In this document: one piece after another, positions 14,001 through 27,228 of the stretch | Position numbering within the stretch: the stretch's first letter is position 1 | How the letters are laid out: each line of letters begins with the position of its first letter | Assembly: GCA_047495785.1 (NCBI GenBank) | Contig: JBLDXI010000002.1 | Coordinates: forward strand, 1,302,001-1,366,000 | Direction of reading: 5' to 3' | DNA from: Lepidodermella squamata | Taxonomy: Eukaryota > Animalia > Gastrotricha | DNA: 64,000 nucleotides | Notes under the pieces: generated by a model | Seen by the model: only the letters and a program-made list of their open reading frames with translations | The model's database searches: none | Told to the model about the DNA's origin: nothing | Made by a program: the position numbers and the translations under genes

Positions 14001-14427
14001 GGCTGGACTTCGACAGCTTGGTACGTAGAACTCCCGTCGGTCAAAGTTAACAACAGCAATCTTTTCGAACTTCCCTGAATCGATGATTCAGATTGGTCCT
14101 TAGGAACGGCAATGTTCAAGCTTTTCTGCAACTGCAAGACAACAGGGCCAAACACGGAAGATTTTCCTTTGGTATCCAATGACTTAGGTTCAGCGATCTG
14201 CCGGAGGTCAAGCTAAATCAAGAGGCATAATACTTGAAAATGCTTATTCCGAACTAGCAACTTACATCTAACGCTCGTTTAACGATATCGTTCACAGAGG
14301 CGCCCGCAGCAAGGTCTGGAATGGCACTCACGTTGAGATGCCTATTAGAACGTTTAAGAATGTTGTAAACAGCCGATAATAGGTATGGCAAGACTTACCA
14401 TCCCAGATCTTTCAGGGACTTAGCCAT
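11084..14427 (-). CDS. TDRD3: Tudor domain-containing protein 3; exons 14427-14399, 14341-14266, 14212-12419, 11581-11084
   Basis: N-terminus MAKSLKDLGWHL…VNDIVKRALDLDLR; RMI1-type OB fold (GPVVLQLQK..NIAVPKD…LTDG…TPPGTKLRL.G…LGG.V..L…WEL); GPPAFVPFGQK; DEF..QR.AAIA; RGG-rich region; Tudor domain (CYARWTDGGLYPAQI…VHYYQYNEFQ|NVPLSALLP). All splice phases consistent. Confidence 0.92.
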
Positions 14428-15065
14428 CACGAACGACTACAGCTAGAAACTAAGTTCAAGCTGATGTTCTTGCCAACTCTCTAAATTCTATCTTGATCAA
14501 CAAGAAAATGACTGTTACGCTAGAAGTAAAATCAAATATGGAAAAGAGCTGCCGCAAACAGAAGCGCAGCAGTAGAACCAGGTATTTAACCGCAGAAGAT
14601 TCTAGGTCACTAATTATCCGCAACTTTGAGACAGTAGCCGTGTACAGATAAATAGCTAAAAGCTTCACTTCAAGTCTAATACTTGTGAATTAATGTTTTT
14701 GAGGTCGTCCAAAAACCTGGTTAGAAAATCATTTCGAGGGCAGAAGCAGAAAATCGAGAGTACCATAGGCCATAGGAAACGATGGAAAGTACTCCCAACT
14801 ATCCATTGCTCATTGCTCAAACAACCCGGGGAGCCAAATTAACCTTCAATCGCACTAATAAACATTATTCATAGATCATCAAAATCAAATGATCATGGAG
14901 CTTGGCGTTTGACGTTCGCTGCAAAGAATGAATATGAGACAGCAGTGCTTGACTCTTAGAAATATTTCCTATTTCAGTGTGTCTCTCTCATCTCATACGC
15001 CGAAAATGCAGTTCGGACTCCTAGTAATATAGCAGTGCGCAAGTTTGAATGAAACATGAGATTGA

Positions 15066-16165
15066 GACTTGCCATCCTGTGTGAAATCTTGCATTATTCG
15101 ATTATTTGCTGACGATGTAAAAATTTACGCCAAATTGGGTAAAAACCCGGCTGATATACAGCAGGATATTAACTCTATCTATTCTTTTTTCACTTCCCAC
15201 TAACTATCAGTTAATCTTAAAAAATGTTTCATTCTTCGTCTTGGATCCAAGAACTTACTCCATAACTATCTACTCGGTTTTCACATTATCAACTCGGTGA
15301 CAGAAACTAGCGATCTTGGCGTCATCATAGATAGCAGGTTGACCTTCTCGTCTCACTGCAACAAACTATACGCTAAAAGCCGTCGCCTTTGTGGTTTGAT
15401 CCTGAACTCTTTTTCCACCAGAAATCACTCAGTTCTAATTTGTGCTTTCAATTCTTATGTCTTACCCAACCTACTATATGCCTCATGCGTCTGGCAGCCT
15501 TATTTAATCAAGCATCGTAATCTTTTAGAAAAGTGCTTAAAAAACTTCACATCTAGATTTATATCTCCCCCTATGGCTCCCCTCGACTATATTCAGAGGC
15601 TGGCTAAGTTTGAATTGCTATCCTTAAACCAAAGATGGTTACTCCGCGACCTTACGATGGCGTTTAAAATAATTAATAATATGTCTCATCCTCTAGAATT
15701 CGATACTTTCTTTCTCAAACCTAATCTCTCTACTACTCGACATCATTCTAATAACAAATTAACAATTCCTCAACATTCACTTTGCCCTAGGGGCTTTAGC
15801 TTTGCTATTAGAACTGCCAAATTATGGAACCTTCTACCTGCCTCTATCACTAACATTACTTCGATAAATCTTTTTGTTAACTCGTGCAAAAAATTTATAT
15901 TGGAAGAATGGCCTGTCCTTACAAATTTGGCCTTAGTTAAATAAAACTAATTATTATTTTAATCACCTTATCTAATGTATGCGTGCCTTGCGCGCATCAT
16001 CCTATAATAAACATTCTTATATGCTGTGCACGGTCGCCTTACTTCTGCGCTCGATCCTCTTTTGCCCATTTATAAATCCATTCCTAAATACTGTTATTCT
16101 TTTATAAAATTAAAAAAAATGGTGTAATCAGAAGGAAAACAATACAATGATGATGATGATGATGA
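15066..16165 (+). mobile_element. 5'-truncated non-LTR retrotransposon (CR1/L2-group-like RT C-terminal half) ending in (TGA)n
   Basis: DLPSCVKSCIIRLFADDVKIY (RT motif) in frame with ORF 15297-15944 (DLGVIIDSRLTFSSH…YVLPNLLYAS.VW.P), one in-frame TAA; 3' UTR ends in an ATG/TGA microsatellite at ~16148-16165. Confidence 0.85.
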
Positions 16166-16734
16166 GAAACGTGGCACGAGGCGGGCGACTAGCGACAAGC
16201 GAAAATTCTGAGCTGATCTTCTCGGAACTAGTAGGACTAGCTCACTGAGCATTTTCTAGTAGGGAGGTCTCCGCTCTGGTCACTGGTCACCACAACTGAC
16301 CCACGACACAAGAACTTGACCGCAGGGGAGCTAAAACACGCAGAAAACTAAAACTGGACCGAAAAACTGAACTAAACAGCAGATTTTGAAATAAAATAAT
16401 TATTGTGCGCGATTTCATGTATTACACAAATCAATTTATATAACAAAATTGTATGTTTTAAAATTTTTATTTCTGAAGGAAAATTGACGCTGAATGCGCG
16501 CTAAAACTAAGTGAGACAAATCTTTTTGCCCTACCAATAGAAAAATGAAAACGTATTACGATCGTAGAGGTCGTGGTGAAAAATTGAAACTTTCGTACCA
16601 ATGCACATGAAATCAAGTTGCCACTTATGGATTTTGCTTGCGGTTGAGACTTGCGGTTGAGACTGTGATCATTAATTGATAGTCGTATCTGTCTGAGGCG
16701 ATACGAATAACATTGTCTTATGTCTTATGTCTTA

Positions 16735-16895
16735 TGCGGTTGAGACTTGACTTCCTGTCCCAAACTCCATATCAAGTGAAGCCCCACCCACATTCAAGAG
16801 TTCGCACTTCTGTTAATGATCAGGTGAGTTTCGATCAAAGGCGCCCTAAAACTTTCTAAAACTCACTTGACGAGCCAGCCGAAGTTGTAAACGCT
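16735..16895 (+). repeat. ~160-bp dispersed repeat, copy 1 (copy 2 at 27438-27596)
   Basis: Near-identical sequence TGCGGTTGAGACTTGACTTCC…GAAGTTGTAA(A/G)CGCT at both loci; copy 1 is preceded by (TGTCTTA)3 and two extra GCGGTTGAGAC units. Confidence 0.92.
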
Positions 16896-17368
16896 GAATG
16901 GACAAATGGCGAAGATGTTGTATGTTTTGCTTAGCAAGTCACAGAATTTTAAGAGCATAGCTCTACTCATGTTTGTTTTACTTGTGCAGGCGCAGGGATT
17001 ATCCCTTCGCCAGTTAATCCCTGATCATACAACGAGCTTTCCAACGATATTATGTATGGCTCATAAATGAAGAAATAAATTGATCACTTTCGCGTTTTCG
17101 GATTTTCGTAGATCTCCAATCTCTGCGTAAATGAATTTCCGTTTTCCGCAAGTAATATCTGGTTAATTCTGGCATTAGCCCGACTCTCTCAATTTGTGTA
17201 AGGTACCCCGAAGCCCGAAGCAGTATTCTGACCAACAGTCTTAGCCCTAGCTCTTTATATCTTCATACCTTTATTGTAAGTAATTCCATCGAAACTCAGT
17301 TTCTTCTCAACTTATTGCAATAAAGGTGCATGTTTCTCAAGTGTTTTACGTATCAAAGTTATCAAGTT

Positions 17369-19821
17369 ATGAGTCGATCAGCGAACACGGAGGTATTCGT
17401 TAGATTATTTGTTCAGTCGGTGGACAATTTCAGCGCTGGTGTCTTTGCTATTCGCCGTGGTTTGATGAAAGATGGCGAGCTGGGTAAGTTTGTTTTTATG
17501 CAGGTGTGTGAGAAGTCGCAGTTCACTTTTCCAGTTCCTGAGAGGCATCCTTTCTTCAAAGGAGTGGGAGAATTTTTTGACAATACCGTATTCATACCCG
17601 AAAGAATGGTGGAGGTCTCGTTAATGGAGAGTGAACATAGCGAAGAAGTTCTGGCGCGTTGTATCTTCAACCTCAGAGAGTGTCTGGAGACCTGCTACTC
17701 ACGGCGAGGTGGCCGTGCAATAATCACCGTGAGTTTTATATTTTTATCTCGCTATAACGAATTCCATTATGTTCAAGAGAGAACTCATCCCAAATGGATC
17801 TATTAATCTTGTAGCGCAAGTCTGTCCTCAAAGAGATCGAGCCTTGTGGCGCAGAGGGGCTCAAAGAATGGATAGGAGTTATGCTAAATTGGGGCATCAC
17901 TTTGAAGTTCAGTTAATTCCGGAATTGACGACTTGTTCGGCTTGCAATGAAGTCTTTTGGTTTGCATTTAGAGCACATAAGAAGGTTCGGGAAATACTAA
18001 CAATTCGCTTCGGCATAGCACATGACCTAACTAGACACGCCTGACTATGTGGTTTAATATCAGTCACAGATTCATATTTCCATTAGGGGATTTCAAAGAC
18101 CAGGATTACGGTGCCGATGTAAGGACACGAAAACATTAGTTAATCTTGCTATAAAAACGTTTTGCAGTTTGCCGGCTAACCATACACAAATCTTGCTGGA
18201 ATGAAGATTTCCCGATCTGCCCTATGCAGGTAAGATCCGATATTTATGTACCTTGATTGGAGCAGTAAATTAAACCGATAACTTCCAGCAACTGCCTCAC
18301 GAGTTTGTACCGACTACTTGCGTGGCGCCGAAGCGATGTTCAGGCGACAGGCGTTTGATGTGGATGTGCACTTCATCACAAAAGTGCAAATTTTGCAGCA
18401 TCAGCGTTCATTCGGTTTGCTCGGAAGCGGTTGAGCAGGTTTGTCGTGCGAGAATAATTGCAACTAGTGTTGGCCTCGGAGACAATCTTGATGTTACGGG
18501 AGACATCGACGAGGAAGATGCTGACTACACCATTCGCCAATATCCTACGCACTTACTGGACCCTGATGCCGTAGAAAGACAAAACAAGGCACCCAGCTGG
18601 TTGCGCCCTCCCGAGCCGTACAATTTGCCGAATTTTCAAATAATATGCCTCTTGGGCCAAGGCAGCTACGGGAAAGTTTATCTTGCGCGTTTCACAGCTC
18701 ACTCAAATACGGCTGATGACCTGCGGCCGAAATACGTCGCTTTGAAAGCTGTTCGGAAAGACAGAATTGCTACGCATTTGGAGATCAAAAAAGCCGAGCT
18801 ACGAGTTTTACAGGCTAGTTCAAAATCGCCGTTTCTGCTCCACATGCTGTGTACATTCCAATCAAACAGCCACTTGTGTAGGTTTACATGATACCGAAGC
18901 TGGAAAATTTCAAGTTCGAATATTTGTAACAGTTTACGCCGTGGATTTTGTTGCTGGGGGTGCGATCATGTTCCATCTTCAACTGTTATCACAAAATGGT
19001 TATTTTGAAGTTGATCGTGCCCGTTTTTATGGAGCAGAGGTAATTCCTTCACTCGCTATGGTTAATATTTCACTCGGAGATTGACACATGTTTAGGTGGT
19101 TTGTGCGTTGAACTATTTGCATGAAAAACGCATAATATACCGCGATCTGAAATCCGACAACGTCATGTTGGATTTGTCAGGACATGTCCGCTTGATTGAT
19201 TTCGAGTTGTCTAAGTACGATTACGACGATCGTGGAACTCGAACCATTTGCGGCACGCCATCTCACATGTCGCCAGAAATCGTTTATCGAAAAAGCTATT
19301 CGTACCCAGTCGACTGGTGGGCATTCGGATGTTTTCTCTACGAAATGCTGGTTGGCCTTGTTCCTTTCCTGACTGAGTCCGGCCATGACATTTACACACT
19401 GCTAGCGCAACAATACGAAGATCCATCTCAGCCGAATTATGATGAAATTGAGGACCAAGACGCCAGGTCGATTTTGAAGCTGCTATTCGAGAGAAATCCT
19501 GATCTGCGACTAGGCAGTCTGAACTGCCCGGCCGGCCAAGTTCGAGACCAGCCATTTTTTGCAGCCATTGACTGGCGTTTAATAGAAACAGGGCGTGCAG
19601 AGCCTCCGCCACTCCTACCGCCCCGCATCCAGCGAAAAATGCCAGTCACGATCGGCGATGAAGTTGATGAAGTGGATGTCAGTTATTTTGAGGACGATTT
19701 TTTGAACGAACCAATTGCGATGTCGACGATCGAAGACGGGATCGCACAGACGATGGCCGGAAATCTATTTAAAAACTTTGACTTTATCAATATTATGTAC
19801 AATTACAATACTGAACAGTAA
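17369..19821 (+). CDS. Divergent novel-type protein kinase C (delta/theta-like: C2-like, pseudosubstrate, C1A, C1B, kinase), ~7 exons
   Basis: N-terminal C2-like exon; pseudosubstrate RRGA; C1A HHF…CSACNEVFW|GFQRPGLRCR|FCRLTIHKSC; C1B PHEF…KCKFCSISVHSVC; kinase LGQGSYGKV, VALK, YRDLKSDN, CGTP..MSPE, DWWAFG; AGC C-tail F..IDW…F.NFDF. Start may be ATG 17330 or 17369. Confidence 0.85.
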
Positions 19822-20010
19822 ACATGATTCCGATTATATCCGATATATCACATCTGCCTAGAATGTACTAATATTTCTCGTGAAAATAACACTCTTTTCC
19901 GTAAAAACATCAATACTGACAATAATAAAGAAGATTATATCTGCACTATTAATCGTACCATATCGATGATTTTGCGCTAAAGGCGACCAGCGAGAAAAAA
20001 CCTCTATACA

Positions 20011-23000
20011 GAGTACTGCGCACTATAAACAGTACTACGCGCGCATAATATTATAAGATATACTTATAGCCCGCATTCTGTGTGAAAAATAATGAATGCA
20101 CTGGACAAATGACCAACAAATATAATGCGCTTTTGTGGATGTTACCATGAAATTTTCGGATTACCTGGTAGAGAACAGTCGAACGTATCCAGAAATTGAT
20201 AAAAATGCATGTGTAACCGTGGGTTTTCTGCCGTTAGGCGACCTGATAGCGATCCGAAAGCGCAAAAACCTTGGAAAAATGCAAATACTGGCGCCTTTAG
20301 CGGCGTTTCTGCGAGGAACAAAATGGGTTCAACCACAGTTTTTTCACATTCCCTAGCAGAGCACATGGAGAGCCTATCAGCGAAGTAAGAAATAGCCAGT
20401 TAATATGGTTGTCATCCACGGCTTTGAAGTCTTTTCCTTCCCGGCTTGCAAAACGAGGAAAAAGTGAAAATGGTGTGTTTTAACCTGTCTTATCTCGAAA
20501 AAACCCATGGTTGCACCGTAGCTTTTTGTAGTCAAATAGGAGAAGGCACTGGGAGGAAGGTTTTGACAGGGAAAGCAGCAAGAACCACCCCAACTTGTCC
20601 AAGACTTTTTCGTCCCGATTAGCACTCACTACGTCAGACCCAACACCTCGAAACTGCATGACATGGCGTCTTTTGGGGCATTGCTGCAAGAAACAGATTG
20701 GTTTCAACCACAGTTATTTCGCGTTCTCTAGTAGAGCACAACAAGATCTTACTAAGGAAGTAAGAAATTTCCAGTAAATGCGGTTTTTATCCACAGTTTA
20801 AAAGCCTTTTCCCTCCATATCCGATTCAAGTTCGAATCGAAGAGAAAGTGAGCATTTTCATCTTTCATGGCACTTATCTTGAAAAAACCCATGGCTGCAC
20901 CATAAGTTTTTGTATTCAAAAAGGAGAGGAGATTGAGAAGAAGGCTTTAAAAGAGAAAACAGCAAGAACCACGTCAACTTATCCACGACTTTTTCGCCCT
21001 GATGGGCAATCAACATTTTAAGCTCAAAATCGAGTTTCAAAATTGGGCTGTTCCGAGACCTTATACAGCAGAGCCCTTTTTCACTTGTAACAGGTTGAAG
21101 GAAGCGCTTACTTCTTATAAAATAGCAAATATGCGGGTGCTACCACGATTTGCTATCCATTCGGTCCCAGACCGCGGTAACAAGATGGTTGAGGTAAGGA
21201 GTCATCCGATTTTAGTCCGATTTCAGTTGCTCGTTTCCGTTTAGCTGCTTGGTAAAGATGCGTTCCCCATCATAGTTATCCACACCCGTTTTAACTTGCA
21301 TCGTATCCAAGACATTTTGGTGGTAAAACCGTTAGTCGGAAAAGTATCACTGTAGTGGCCTACAATGGCCCTCTGATTCATTGTAGCGGCCTCGGTTGGC
21401 CCTTGGGCTGGATCCTGCAGCGGGCATGCTCGGCCGTACTAATAACCACTGGCAACTTTTCTCGCTTTCGAGTTGCAGCCATGGTTTGGCTGAACGATTT
21501 AGTTCTCTAAAACCTTCCATCCACCGAGCTTAACTAAATTACCCAAATGAGTCTTTTGATGGCAGACCTTACTACTGTTCAAGCGACAACGGCAGTCTCC
21601 CCGTGGCGGTTGCGGGCAACGTAATTCACGGCAAATGTTGGGTCGGGTCGCGTACGCCCTGCTGTCGTTGAAAGTGGACTCTCGGCGAGTGAAAAACGAT
21701 CGTCTAGGAAAGCCTCCACGCGTTAGCTAGCTAGCTACCAGCAAATTGGGAGACTTGGTCTTGGTTTAAAAGTGACGAGTGACCGTCATCTCCTGCCTTG
21801 GCGGGGCCCCAGTGCTTTACATGTTCACAACATCGAACTACAAGGAGATGGATGTGGAGGTATCGGGCTACGGGAGTCTCCCCTCTGGTCCTAAGTCCTA
21901 ACCAAAAGCAACCTACCCAACTTACATACAACCAGCTGCCACCAGATTATGCTTCCCATTCTAAAGGCACACGCAAGCTACTTTGCTCTTTGAACATGAA
22001 GCTAAAAATTTGACGGTGGGCGGCGCCAACAATAGAACGCGATTGACGCAGTTGAAAAATGACGGATCAAGGTTTTTCCGCGGTTTGGAAAGTGCACCGT
22101 TGAGTGAAATGACTCAAAAGCAAGGATTTTAGCCATATTAGATGGCACTCTATCACGTTTTAGCGCCAACGGGAAAAGTTATCCCGATCCCTAGGCAGTC
22201 CAGCAGCGCAACTCGACAAAGAGGCCAGTTGTCGGTGGTGCGGTGGCGCATGTTGTAGGCACTCATGCTGTTGCAAGATCAAGGCCAAGACCAAGGGCCA
22301 ACCGCGGCCGCAACAATGAATCAAACTGCCATTGTGGGCATTTTAGTAAATCTTGTCCGCGTTCTTGATACAAAGTGAAGACTACCATAGTGCCAAAATG
22401 GTACCTTTACCACTCCTACTAAATCAAAGGGAAACCAACTTACTTACATCTCACAAAGAGCATTCCGCAGGAGTAATTAGCAAAATCTACTGGTTTTACC
22501 ACCGTATTTTCTTTAAGTTGATGCAAGCGCGCATGAGAGTCAAGAAGGATAATCGGAAACCTATCTGTGTACTACGTCAGTCCACAGATACCAGGGATTT
22601 AAATGGTATGGGTCCGCATCTCGAGCGTCTTGTTGCCGCGGTCAGGGCAACGGTTCAGGCCGGAATGCATACCCCAATTCATGGTATCACCGGCATATTA
22701 GTTATCCTTATAGAAGAAGGCACTTTTATCAACTTGTGAGACTTGGAATAAAGTCTCCGCGTTGTGTGGTTTCAGAATAGAACGGCTCCGAATCTCGATT
22801 TTGTGCTTGAAATGTCATTGCTAAGCATTACGAAAAAGTCGTGGATAAGTTGTGGTGGTTTTTGCTTTTTTCCCTTTTAAAACCTTCTTCTCAATTGCCT
22901 CCCCCATTTGACTACGAAAAATTACGGTGCTGCCATGGTTTTTTTCGAGATGAGTGCGATGAAAGATCCTAAATGCTCACTTTTCCTTCGATTCGGACTT

Positions 23001-23816
23001 GATTCGGAAGTGGAGGGAAAAGACTGAAAAGCAGTGGATAAACACTACATTTACTGGGACTTCTTTCTTCCCAAGTTAGATCTTGTTGTGCTCTACTAGG
23101 GAATTTGACAAAACGATGGTTGAACCCATTCCGTTTCTGCAGCAGTGCTCCAAAAGACGCAAGGTCATGCATTTTCGAGGTGTTGGGTCGGACGAAGTGA
23201 GTGCTAATCACGACGAAAAAGTCGTGGATAGGCTGTGGGGATCCTTGCTGCTTTTCCAGTCAAAACCTTCCTCCCAGCGCCGCCTCCAATTTGACAACAA
23301 AAAGCTATGGTGCAACCATGGGTTTTTTCGAGATAAGAGCGACTGAAAACACCAAATTTTCATTTTCTCACTGATTTGCAAGCCGGGAGGGAAGCGACTG
23401 AAAAGCCGTGGATAACCACCATATTAACTAGCTATTTCTTGGTTCCCCACAAAGCCTTTTATGTGCTCTACTAGGGAATGTGACAAACCTGTGGTTGAAC
23501 CCATCCTGCTTCTTGAAGAAGCGCCGCCAAAAACGCCAGTGGGTGCATTTTTTCAAGGTTTTTGCACTTTCAGGTCGCTATCAGGTCGCCTAACGGCAGA
23601 AAACCCACGGTTACACATGCATTTTTATCAATTTCTGGATACGCTCGACTGTTCTCTACCAGGTAATCCGAAAATTTCATGGAAACATCCACAAAAAGCT
23701 CAGTATATTTGTCGGTCAATTGTCCAGTGCATTCATTTTTTACCACAAAATTGCGGGCCAAGTATATTTCATAGTATTATGGGCGCGCGTAGTACTTTTT
23801 ATAGTGCGCAGTACTC
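20011..23816. mobile_element. 3.8-kb foldback-type non-autonomous DNA element with very long inverted arms
   Basis: Ends GAGTACTGCGCACTATAAA (20011) / TTTATAGTGCGCAGTACTC (23816); arms 20011-~21060 and ~22770-23816 are reverse complements (mirror ORFs 20135+ vs 23570-, 20142- vs 23461+); weaker symmetry continues inward to ~21480/22200; no transposase ORF. Confidence 0.85.
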
Positions 23817-24329
23817 CGAATACGCGCTAGTAGCCCTGCATACTTTTATGTAAGCTGCAGAGTTTTTTGAGCGTGTATGCGATCGGTCTGTTATAGCGTT
23901 AAACCATCGATATCCTCGTGTAAAACCGTTAATGACTTGATATGTCTGTCTAATATTTTATCATTAGCTTCTAATTTCCGACACCATCTGAAAAACTATA
24001 CATACCCTAAATCGACAAGCTCGGACTAACCAGCTACTGTATAACGATATGGCACGATGCTATTCTCAATTACTATGTTAAAAAAAGCTGAATAAGGAAA
24101 TAATTTGTGTACATCTCACTCTCTTACTGTATTGACCAAAAACTAAAACAAGTGATGACTTTATCCTAATTTTCTCTCTTGGATGCGCCCTAAGCCCACC
24201 CGTGGCCGGCGTTAATTTATATTACTATTTCGAAATAAAACACACTGCTGCTGCTGATTCCGATTAATGAGTCCTGATAACTCATAATGTACAATTTACT
24301 CTGTTCATGGCAAATGTAACCCTAAATAA

Positions 24330-24982
24330 ATATAAGTCAATTCGCGAGCTGAAGTAGTTGCTTTTCGTTTATGGTAAGCATTTGGAGGATTTTGATTCTG
24401 TAAAGGTGTAATTTCAGCACCTTCCGCAATGTGCGGTAGATCGAAGATTTTGACCTTCCCAGTTTGTTGTCGATTATTCTAATGTTTTTCACCTTAGGCT
24501 TGAAAACTTCGGCTTGGACCGTAGCAATCGCTTGGAGGCTATTTGCGGCTTTAGGCTTGCTCGATCTCAGTCTATTTCGTAAGTCGCCGAATTTGTCAAA
24601 TTTGTTCCTGTTCCTCGCTACCTACTTTGTTAATCGTTTCCTCGCAGATGACCGGGCCCGGCCCGTATTTCAAAGGAAATTTCCATCGATCATGGTACAT
24701 AACCCCATTCGGCTGGTGATACCATTTAACTACGTCTGTTCGCTGTAACAACTTGTCTCACAGAGCGTGTCATATTTTGTCTATTTATTATTTTGAATGA
24801 TTTTCTCCACTCGATTTTCTCTTGCATTCATGTTTTGAATCATGATTGTGATTTTTAATCGTCTTAATTATTTATTGCTAATATTCGAAAATAAAGATTA
24901 AATAAAGATGAGAAGTTTTTTGGACGCGACCCAGCCGGCTGGAACTCTTTTCGAGCCCCCGCATGAATTTTGAAACACCCTG
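24330..24982 (-). mobile_element. Truncated Tc1/mariner-superfamily element: one TIR plus degenerate transposase DNA-binding region
   Basis: Minus strand begins TA|CAGGGTGTTTCAAAA (typical mariner-group TIR, TA at 24983-24984); translation KFDKFGDLRNRLRSSKPKAA…IRIIDNKLGRSKSSIYRTLRKVLKLHLYRIKILQML fits the paired-HTH region of these transposases; upstream stops, no second TIR seen. Confidence 0.78.
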
Positions 24983-25169
24983 TAAATCTGATCCCAATTC
25001 GCTAGGGCATAGTAGAATTTGACGCATTGAACCAGTTAAAATGCGTTTTCAAAATATACCACTCAAAAACCTAGTTGTCCGACATGTTACTATCATTGAT
25101 CGGTTTTCTACTGACTAACATTAAAATTATCTTTTTAGAAATGCAACAGCAGCTGTCAATTTTTGAAAC

Positions 25170-27228
25170 GAGCTGTGAGACTACCGGTTGCGGAATATTT
25201 CTTGTTCCTCCAGTGCTAGGATAACTGCGGAGAAGGACAGCGTATTTTACTTGAATGATTTAAAAATCTTGAATGAAACTGAAATCTCGAGTTCAAATTG
25301 CGTAGGTGTGATTTTTATGCTAGGTTTTGAGGGCCGTTAAGTCTTAAAATATCTTCTGCAGCTGAAAAGGCACAATCCCTTTTTCATCGCAATGGTGAAC
25401 TCAACCTGCTGGCTCGAGTGTTTCTCAATAGCAACCAATCAGTACTCATATACCGAATAGATTCACGGTTTTTATATTATAATTATACCTACATTTAAAA
25501 CAAGTAGGTATGAAGTTGCAGTCTTCGACAGTCGTCGTTGGTCTGGGGCAGCTCGTTTTTATTTTTTTTTATTTATCGAATATTTTTAGCTATAATCACA
25601 GATTAAGGCCTAGGGAGTTCATCTGCAGTTTAAAAAAGTTGATGTCGGTGTTTTCGGGGAAACATCTGGCCGGAAGGCTATTCCATCTTGTGAAGATCTC
25701 ATTGAGTCGTTGTAGTGGCTCAATCTCCGTACCTGGTTTTCGTCGAACAACACTTTGCCACGGTGTAGACAGACGCACCTGATATTTGTGACGGGCAATC
25801 GAACCACGAAGCGTTCGCGTGTCCCTGCTTGGTTCAACGATTTCAAACCTCGATCGCAACTGAGGTGTTCCCCTGCGCGCCACGATGACCTTATATAGAT
25901 AAGTCATTATTCCCACAAAGCGCCGTTTTTTCAATGGTTGTAGATCGACGCCTGTCGCTTTGCAGAAGCGGTCTTGGACCGCCTCTAGCCGATCGAGTAC
26001 CGTTGTGGACGCGTGGGCGTACCCCACCATGCCGTACTCCAGGAGAGGCAGGGCATTCGTTTTAAAGGCGTTCCCCAGTTGGCGCTTTGACAAATATGGC
26101 CGAAGTCGTAACAACTGAGTAACAACTATTGTTGCTCTCGCCACTTTGTCGTTGATGCATGCCTCCATCGACATTGCCGAATTATCGTTATTACTAAACA
26201 AAAGAGTACCAAGGACGCTGCCTTGCGGAATACCCTAATGCTTGATTTGTAGCGACCACGAGGTGATATTGCCGAGTCTACCCGTCTGACCAGGGTTTTA
26301 CAAATAATCCATGGGTATCGTGTCCCAGGCAGAACGAGCCTTGACTTAGTGGTTTGTTTTAATGACTCCTGCTGGGCCGCAAGTTAGTCCAAGGCTTTGG
26401 ATAGATCATTGCACTTATTATGAGCTGCAACTGCGTGCCACTTTTTCGCCAGTGATATCAGGCTACCGCTCGTCGATTGATGTTCGCAAAACCAAACTGG
26501 TCTATCCACAAAAAAATTTATTCGAGGCGAGGCTTCAACTATTTACCAAGGCAGCATTCGAAGAGCTTCAGACAACCACGTACCCATGATCGTGTTTATT
26601 TTGCAAGCAGATTCTTCTAACCAGTAACGTGGATTGGTGTAACAAAGCCCTCTTTCCAGTCTTCTGGTTATATAATTCAATCGTAGCTACCATTTCCTTG
26701 AAGAGATGCCGTTGGGCGAAAGGCGCGCGAGCCAAAAATCTTGCTCGGCCGTAGTAATATGATGCGGCAAGATTTGTCGCGATATAAGCCTAATATAAAT
26801 TATTAAATTGCTCTTACAATATTTTATAAATGAAATCAACATAATAATATTGACTTTTACTTCATTCAACCTTAACCGAAGAATCGATCATATTTCCAGT
26901 TTTTTCATGACATTTTTTGCGTTTTTTGCTGCGATTTATGCCCATAACTCAGCATCCTCAAGTCAGAAATAGAAACTGGGACATGAGCCATCATCAGCCA
27001 AGTTTTACTCGAATGCAGACATTTACTATTTCAATTTTTGTGGCCATCGCCTGACGTTTGCGATTGTTTTATCGACTTTCATGATGTCAGCTGTTTGATA
27101 CCTATATACAAATTGCCACGTAAGCGGAAGATGACTCAGCACTCTGAGCGCATCATTCCTATTGCTCCTAGATTTTCGTTTATAGTGGGTTCCCAGTTCC
27201 CAGATGAGTCCTGAATTATTAAAACCTT
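25170..27228 (+). repeat. Copy 1 of a ~1-kb duplicated segment (copy 2 at 36097-37066), interrupted by a ~1.1-kb insertion at ~25251-26350
   Basis: GAGCTGTGAGACTACCGG…CGTAT(T/C)TTAC and GGTTTGTTTTAA(T/A)GACTCC…GAATTATTAAAACC are contiguous in copy 2 but separated here. Confidence 0.92.
25556..26230 (-). mobile_element. 5'-truncated LINE fragment (C-terminal RT region, CR1/L2-group-like) with A-rich tail
   Basis: ORF 25596-26201: INDKVARA…AFKTNALPLLEY…LDRLEAVQDRF…LQPLKKRR…WNSLP, typical non-LTR ORF2 C-terminus; T-run at 25556-25570 equals an A-tail on the minus strand. Confidence 0.8.

Noticed and set aside
16735-16895. Spliced-leader RNA or tRNA-derived SINE identity for the 160-bp repeat
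   Set aside because: No convincing Sm site or A/B box pair.
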